DNA from: Diadema antillarum
Lineage: Eukaryota
Direction: 5' to 3'
NCBI RefSeq assembly: GCF_040938485.1
Contig: NW_027271005.1
Coordinates: 930,001-994,000, forward strand
Length of the DNA stretch: 64,000 bases
Within the stretch, counting starts at the first letter, position 1, and the number at the start of each line of letters is the position of its first letter. The notes beneath the pieces were generated by a model. The model made no database searches. It was not told where the DNA came from and saw nothing but the letters and a program-made list of their open reading frames with translations. Of the stretch, positions 63,101 to 64,000 are shown in pieces. The translations under genes and the position numbers were made by a program.

Positions 63101-63124
63101 GAGCAGCCAGTTGCAGCTCCATAA
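104..63124 (+). CDS. LAMB1: Laminin subunit beta-1-like, full gene span, 29 coding exons, 1774 aa: join(104..140,21136..21698,22955..23218,28818..28941,31625..31813,34421..34594,35548..35657,36638..36862,37697..37852,38442..38569,41106..41226,41949..42141,43498..43641,44434..44665,45070..45233,45972..46196,46743..46963,47689..47785,48354..48545,50481..50661,51245..51429,53390..53625,54861..55037,56027..56258,57383..57503,57948..58089,59222..59398,61347..61503,62967..63124)
   Basis: All exons have AG/GT boundaries with matching phases, and lengths sum to 5325 nt (divisible by 3, single terminal TAA). Translation has beta-chain hallmarks: [47 protein letters not shown] in LN; 13 LE modules split by an LF domain; CxxC; a six-Cys Lbeta knob; and YRTC near the C-terminus. 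Exact paralog identity (beta1 vs a lineage-specific beta) needs a phylogeny. Confidence 0.96.
2338..2412. repeat. GA-rich polypurine tract
   Basis: Degenerate (GA)n / (GGAGA)n. Confidence 0.85.
2787..3826. mobile_element. Non-autonomous TIR element (ATATGTGACC termini) hosting a nested Kolobok-like MITE
   Basis: Left end ATATGTGACCCTGCATCACAAAACGAAC vs reverse complement of right end ATATGTGATCGTGCATCAAAAACCGAAC (24/28). Confidence 0.65.
3012..3402. mobile_element. TTAA-flanked Kolobok/Angel-like MITE, family A copy 1
   Basis: TTAA|AGGG...CCCT|TTAA, ~26-bp imperfect TIRs and an internal inverted core (TTTTCAAATGGCTGAGATATCCAAAAA / TTTTTGGATATCTCAGCCATTTCAAAA); homologous to copies at 25803, 51574 and 53965. 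Confidence 0.85.
4440..5157 (+). mobile_element. Probable decayed 3' end of a CR1/L2-clade LINE
   Basis: GC-richer island with broken-frame peptides KALS...GHRLRI...CPC...EVQD...HF resembling the CR1 ORF2 C-terminus, followed by an AT-rich UTR ending AATAAA-TTTGAACTTGAACTT. Similarity judged by eye only. Confidence 0.35.
6672..6742. repeat. (GTTT/GTTTT)n microsatellite
   Basis: Directly visible. Confidence 0.85.
7200..7283. repeat. (ATTT)n microsatellite
   Basis: Directly visible, degenerate. Confidence 0.85.
9172..9467. mobile_element. Foldback-type MITE with internal tandem ~15-bp repeats
   Basis: GGGTGC...GCACCC termini; left arm has tandem TTCGTTATTCCGAA units and right arm has the complementary TTCGGAATAACGAA units. 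Confidence 0.75.
10969..11123. mobile_element. Short GC-terminal MITE with probable 5-bp TSD
   Basis: AAGTGGCGGAGCCAG...CCTGGATCCGCCCTG termini; flanks CTACG / CTATG. Confidence 0.65.
11757..11772 (+). promoter_or_regulatory. Perfect DR4 nuclear-receptor element AGGTCA-tgtg-GGGTCA
   Basis: Exact RGGTCA-N4-RGGTCA match in intron 1, outside any recognised repeat; function unproven. Confidence 0.3.
13448..14013. mobile_element. TTAA-flanked Kolobok-like MITE with ~200-bp inverted arms (family B)
   Basis: TTAA|AGGGAAGGTAAACCC...GGGTTTATCTTCCCT|TTAA; arms ~13452-13650 and ~13810-14009 are near-perfect reverse complements. Confidence 0.9.
16118..16637 (-). mobile_element. Degenerate Helentron-associated (HINE/DINE-1-like) element, second family
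   Basis: On the minus strand: GTTT/GTCT microsatellite near the 5' end; 3' end CTTGGTGAAGGT, hairpin GCGCTCT/GAGTGC and TTTTCTAGT terminus. Confidence 0.55.
18859..19729. mobile_element. TA-flanked non-autonomous DNA transposon with nested inverted repeat
   Basis: TA|GGCGTGTGTTCATCAGCCTGAAGTT vs reverse complement of right end GGCGTGTCTTCATCAGCCCGAAGTT|TA (23/25); internal 14-bp perfect IR at 19086-19099 / 19350-19363. Confidence 0.75.
21136..21698 (+). CDS. LAMB1: Exon 2: end of signal peptide and most of LN domain
   Basis: TTTCAG acceptor; AVGSYSQ...[15 protein letters not shown]...VEPSTGGE; donor GAG|GTAGGC; inside ORF 21108..21806. Confidence 0.95.
22955..23218 (+). CDS. LAMB1: Exon 3: LN C-terminus and start of LE1
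   Basis: CCCCAG|GTC; [33 protein letters not shown]...[17 protein letters not shown]...EQM; donor GTAAGA; phase 0-0. Confidence 0.95.
24061..24112. repeat. (TG)n microsatellite
   Basis: Directly visible. Confidence 0.95.
25803..26194. mobile_element. Kolobok/Angel-like MITE, family A copy 2
   Basis: TTAA|AGGGATTG...CATCCCT|TTAA; same palindromic core as the 3012 copy. Confidence 0.85.
27830..28110 (-). mobile_element. CR1/L2-like LINE 3' UTR remnant
   Basis: Minus strand has a GGCCCC...CAAGC...GCT...GGTCTCC stem motif, an AT-rich tract and an AATAAA(TCAAA)n tail. Confidence 0.5.
28269..28382. mobile_element. 114-bp palindromic TA-flanked MITE
   Basis: TA|CAGCAC...AAAGA-TCTTT...GTGCTG|TA; two 57-bp arms with 6 mismatches and no spacer. 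Confidence 0.8.
28818..28941 (+). CDS. LAMB1: Exon 4: LE1
   Basis: TTTCAG acceptor; [31 protein letters not shown]...ECK; donor C|GTAAGT. Confidence 0.95.
30126..30448. mobile_element. CpG-rich inverted-repeat element (MITE-like)
   Basis: 13-bp terminal IR TATTGACCGATTC/GAATCGGTCAATA plus a perfect 43-bp internal IR (30168-30210 / 30370-30412). Confidence 0.75.
31625..31813 (+). CDS. LAMB1: Exon 5: LE2
   Basis: GCAG acceptor; [17 protein letters not shown]...[24 protein letters not shown]...DPNICV; donor GTAAGT. Confidence 0.95.
34421..34594 (+). CDS. LAMB1: Exon 6: LE3
   Basis: CTCCCAG acceptor; [14 protein letters not shown]...[20 protein letters not shown]; donor G|GTAATT. Confidence 0.95.
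35548..35657 (+). CDS. LAMB1: Exon 7: LE4
   Basis: ATCCAG acceptor; [36 protein letters not shown]; donor GTGAGT; not in ORF track. Confidence 0.93.
36638..36862 (+). CDS. LAMB1: Exon 8: end LE4, truncated LE5, start of LF domain
   Basis: CTAACAG acceptor; [28 protein letters not shown]...[10 protein letters not shown]...; donor GTGAGT. Confidence 0.95.
37008..37250. mobile_element. Internally deleted MITE, family C (short copy)
   Basis: GTCGCTTGGGTGACAAGACCTTGT...ACGAGGTCTTGTCACCCCAGCGA TIRs; colinear with the left ~170 bp and right end of the 40390 copy. Confidence 0.75.
37697..37852 (+). CDS. LAMB1: Exon 9: LF domain
   Basis: CACACAG acceptor; [13 protein letters not shown]...[11 protein letters not shown]; donor GTGAGT. 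Confidence 0.94.
38442..38569 (+). CDS. LAMB1: Exon 10: LF domain
   Basis: TTATAG acceptor; [16 protein letters not shown]...CGNTIPLDD...SER; donor AG|GTTGGT; phase 0-2. Confidence 0.92.
40390..40974. mobile_element. MITE family C (long copy) with central hairpin
   Basis: GTCGCTGGGGTGACAAGACCTTGTATCT...AGATACGAGGTCTTGTCGCCCCAGCGAC TIRs; repeated GGGTACC motifs; 16-bp perfect IR at the centre. Confidence 0.8.
41106..41226 (+). CDS. LAMB1: Exon 11: LF domain
   Basis: TTTCAG acceptor; (R)[22 protein letters not shown]...ILLDS; donor GTAAGT; not in ORF track. Confidence 0.92.
41949..42141 (+). CDS. LAMB1: Exon 12: end of LF domain
   Basis: GTCTAG acceptor; LVVMPR...YYRC...[19 protein letters not shown]; donor G|GTGAGA. 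Confidence 0.93.
42231..43015 (+). repeat. Diverged tandem duplication, unit ~370 bp, period ~408 bp
   Basis: 42231-~42595 and 42639-~43015 align over their length (e.g. GATTATGTATGAGGGATTGGTCTGTAGTACACTT occurs twice). Confidence 0.9.
42935..43309. mobile_element. GC-terminal MITE with 5-bp TSD CAATA
   Basis: CAATA|CAGGGCTGGCGGA...TTCCGCAGGCCATG|CAATA; its left end is duplicated at 42513 by the tandem duplication. Confidence 0.7.
43498..43641 (+). CDS. LAMB1: Exon 13: LE6
   Basis: GACAG acceptor; [47 protein letters not shown]; donor GTAAGT. Confidence 0.96.
44434..44665 (+). CDS. LAMB1: Exon 14: LE7 and part of LE8
   Basis: CCACAG acceptor; CNCDTTGS...[26 protein letters not shown]...FYCE; donor AG|GTAAAG. 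Confidence 0.96.
45070..45233 (+). CDS. LAMB1: Exon 15: end LE8, LE9
   Basis: TCATAG acceptor; [25 protein letters not shown]...QFAETC...CDCFNGYT; donor CAG|GTGTGC. The ORF track shows only wrong-frame translations here. Confidence 0.94.
45972..46196 (+). CDS. LAMB1: Exon 16: end LE9, LE10
   Basis: CTGCAG acceptor; [30 protein letters not shown]...[12 protein letters not shown]; donor GTAACC. Confidence 0.96.
46743..46963 (+). CDS. LAMB1: Exon 17: LE11 and start of LE12
   Basis: CTACAG acceptor; CECNILGT...[37 protein letters not shown]...CDE; donor GTGAGT. Confidence 0.96.
47689..47785 (+). CDS. LAMB1: Exon 18: end of LE12
   Basis: TTTCAG acceptor; [32 protein letters not shown]; donor G|GTATGT; not in ORF track. 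Confidence 0.94.
48354..48545 (+). CDS. LAMB1: Exon 19: LE13, CxxC and start of coiled coil
   Basis: CTCGCAG acceptor; CDCDAQGS...[30 protein letters not shown]; donor GTGAGT. Confidence 0.96.
48634..49805 (+). mobile_element. Helentron-associated element (HINE; DINE-1/pearl-like), copy 1
   Basis: 5' TTATGCCTCCGCC with GCCTCCG/CGGAGGC hairpin, (GTCC)n microsatellite, ~150-bp degenerate tandem cores, 3' subterminal IR GGCGGAGGCAT, hairpin GTCGC-CATA-GCGAC, CTAG end in TT context. Confidence 0.85.
50481..50661 (+). CDS. LAMB1: Exon 20: coiled coil
   Basis: TTGTAG acceptor; [25 protein letters not shown]...ELDDI; donor AG|GTAAAA. Confidence 0.92.
51245..51429 (+). CDS. LAMB1: Exon 21: coiled coil
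   Basis: TTGCAG acceptor; [14 protein letters not shown]...LEAANVE; donor G|GTGCGT. Confidence 0.92.
51574..51943. mobile_element. Kolobok/Angel-like MITE, family A copy 3 (inverted relative to copies at 25803 and 53965)
   Basis: Left end AGGGATAGTGTAGTATTGGTGGAGATG is the reverse complement of the right ends at 26190 and 54350; same palindromic core. Confidence 0.8.
51945..52944 (+). mobile_element. HINE copy 2
   Basis: Same 5' hairpin, (GTCC)n, AGGTCA-rich cores and 3' GGCGGAGGCAT...CTAG end; nearly colinear with copy 3. Confidence 0.87.
53390..53625 (+). CDS. LAMB1: Exon 22: coiled coil
   Basis: CACCCAG acceptor; [16 protein letters not shown]...QLTTINEQ; donor GTGACA. Confidence 0.93.
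53659..53730. repeat. 72-bp G tract with periodic A (about G9-10A units)
   Basis: Directly visible, 33 nt after the exon 22 donor. Confidence 0.9.
53965..54354. mobile_element. Kolobok/Angel-like MITE, family A copy 4
   Basis: TTAA|AGGGATAG...CATCCCT|TTAA; homologous to the 25803 copy along its length. Confidence 0.85.
54861..55037 (+). CDS. LAMB1: Exon 23: Lbeta knob and coiled coil
   Basis: TTGCCAG acceptor; [32 protein letters not shown]...; donor GAG|GTACAA. The compact six-Cys knob resembles invertebrate beta chains. Confidence 0.95.
55833..55846. promoter_or_regulatory. RFX X-box palindrome GTTGCCATGGTAAC
   Basis: Matches the X-box consensus GTHNYY-AT-RRNAAC; lies in a locally CpG-rich patch with CGGAAG (55823) and GGGGCGGGG (55905). 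Confidence 0.45.
56027..56258 (+). CDS. LAMB1: Exon 24: coiled coil
   Basis: CTCCAG acceptor; MMQAKDQT...LINNITYFL...ISLSPEEIA; donor A|GTGAGT. Confidence 0.93.
56354..56454. repeat. (ATG/ATA)n trinucleotide microsatellite
   Basis: Directly visible. Confidence 0.9.
56539..56601. repeat. (CAA)n microsatellite
   Basis: Directly visible. Confidence 0.9.
57383..57503 (+). CDS. LAMB1: Exon 25: coiled coil
   Basis: CTTCAG acceptor; [39 protein letters not shown]; donor AG|GTAAGA; not in ORF track. Confidence 0.92.
57741..57940. other. Assembly gap (200 N)
   Basis: Run of exactly 200 N in intron 25, ending 7 nt before exon 26. Confidence 0.99.
57948..58089 (+). CDS. LAMB1: Exon 26: coiled coil
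   Basis: TGCAG acceptor just after the N gap; [24 protein letters not shown]...EALVQ; donor GTAAGT; phase matches exon 25. Confidence 0.9.
58338..58593 (+). mobile_element. CR1/L2-like LINE 3' UTR remnant
   Basis: GAGGGCCC...ACAAGC...GGTCCCTC stem-loop motif followed by an AT-rich tract and a (TTGAA)n tail. Confidence 0.55.
59222..59398 (+). CDS. LAMB1: Exon 27: coiled coil
   Basis: GTTCAG acceptor; [12 protein letters not shown]...AQEAAQ; donor GTGAGA. Confidence 0.92.
60179..61191 (+). mobile_element. HINE copy 3
   Basis: Same structure as the 51945 copy with long identical stretches; ends GTCGC-CGTA-GCGAT...CTAGTT. Confidence 0.87.
61347..61503 (+). CDS. LAMB1: Exon 28: coiled coil
   Basis: CTGCAG acceptor; [16 protein letters not shown]...[12 protein letters not shown]...NELE; donor G|GTAAGA. 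Confidence 0.92.
62135..62318. mobile_element. Tc1/mariner (pogo-like) MITE
   Basis: TA|CAGTACATTCCCTCTATAA...TTATATTGGGAGTACACTG|TA: CAGT termini with TA TSD. Confidence 0.65.
62967..63124 (+). CDS. LAMB1: Exon 29: C-terminal coiled coil, terminal Cys and stop
   Basis: CTACAG acceptor; LQNTFNTN...[23 protein letters not shown]; TAA at 63122-63124. Confidence 0.94.
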
Positions 63125-64000
63125 TTAGATCTGCTCAAGAGGAATTTCCAGGTACCTTAGCAACAGTCTCCACTAGAAAAGAGAGAGAGAGACTAAAAAA
63201 ATGATACAAGAACAGAAGGATTGTCAGGAACAACTGGGGCAGGTATTGTTTATAGTCACCAGAAATGTCTATGTAGATAGCATATCTGTGAAAATCAGTT
63301 TTACAAATGGGGGTCTCTCAACGTGGACTTGAAATCTTATATCACACGACATACTTAGCAGTATGCATATGTGAACAGTCATTACTCTTCAGGCAATTTT
63401 TTTCAAGTGGCTTTTAAAATTTAAAGAGTGTGAGGAACGATCATGTAGCTGCATTCGGTTACTCTTTAAAACGCACATTCAGAGATTATGATGTGTATGG
63501 ATGTTGGGATACCACTCAGTTCAACTCAATCTTTCAGAAGCTCTTAAAGTTGTTCTCACAGTAGTCTGCTACCTTGTGTATTCCATGGTGCTTCACTCTT
63601 TAAGATAAGCATTCGGCTTTCAGCTGCTTAGTGAAAAACTTCGTCCATTGGTTTTGTATTGAGGGCAGGTACATGGCACATATTTAAGTGTGCTATGCAT
63701 TGCAGCTTGGTGCCTTTACCTTCCACAGACAACGTACTCATCATGTCTTATGGCAAGAGGCTAAGTTGTACAGTTTGCACTATTTTATACAAGACTTTGT
63801 ATTTTTATATCAATCTGGCACTTCGCCATATTCGAATGTGATACAGCCACACCTGGTTAAGATTGTTGGCTGCGCATTCAGCTGTATAGGAATTCATGAA
63901 GCTTGGAACAACAATTTTTAAGGCTGTAAATTATTTCATGATGGTGCTGACTTCATAAGATTATATGCTTTTTTTACTTCAATATGAAAAACTTTTTTTT
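63125..64000 (+). other. 3' UTR (probably continues beyond the window)
   Basis: Follows the stop codon; I found no AATAAA or ATTAAA in these 876 nt. Confidence 0.6.

Noticed and set aside
63710-63716. miR-124 seed match GTGCCTT in the 3' UTR
   Set aside because: A single 7-mer in ~900 nt is not distinguishable from chance without conservation data.
1-64000. tRNA, rRNA, autonomous transposase or RT ORFs, prokaryotic or viral insert
   Set aside because: No cloverleaf or rRNA-like segment recognised, and no long intact ORF exists outside the laminin exons.

Overview
Eukaryotic genomic DNA with AT-rich introns, from a non-vertebrate animal. The short Lbeta knob is invertebrate-type and the repeat landscape fits a marine invertebrate such as an echinoderm, but the species cannot be determined. 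The window is almost entirely one + strand gene: a laminin beta-1-like chain (LAMB1/LanB1 family). I reconstructed it by hand as 29 GT-AG coding exons from 104 to 63124. All phases are consistent and the total is 5325 nt = 1774 aa + stop. Domain order: signal peptide, LN, LE1-5, LF (IV), LE6-13, CxxC, coiled coil, Lbeta knob, coiled coil, terminal Cys. The promoter and first exon lie upstream of the window, and no poly(A) signal is seen before the window ends. Introns, including a ~21 kb intron after the signal-peptide exon, contain many non-autonomous transposons: TTAA-flanked Kolobok/Angel-like MITEs, Helentron-associated (DINE-1/pearl-like) elements, TA-flanked and 5-bp-TSD MITEs, and CR1/L2-like 3' ends. 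There are also microsatellites and a 200-N gap. Most notable observations: (1) a candidate RFX/ETS internal promoter with an in-frame 11-codon alternative first exon before exon 24, predicting a signal-less 339-aa coiled-coil isoform; (2) paired loss of two conserved LN cysteines and gain of two cysteines in LE12; (3) an 8-residue tail after the terminal Cys; (4) Helentron-derived arrays of nuclear-receptor half-sites in three introns. Nearly all other ORF-track entries are spurious.
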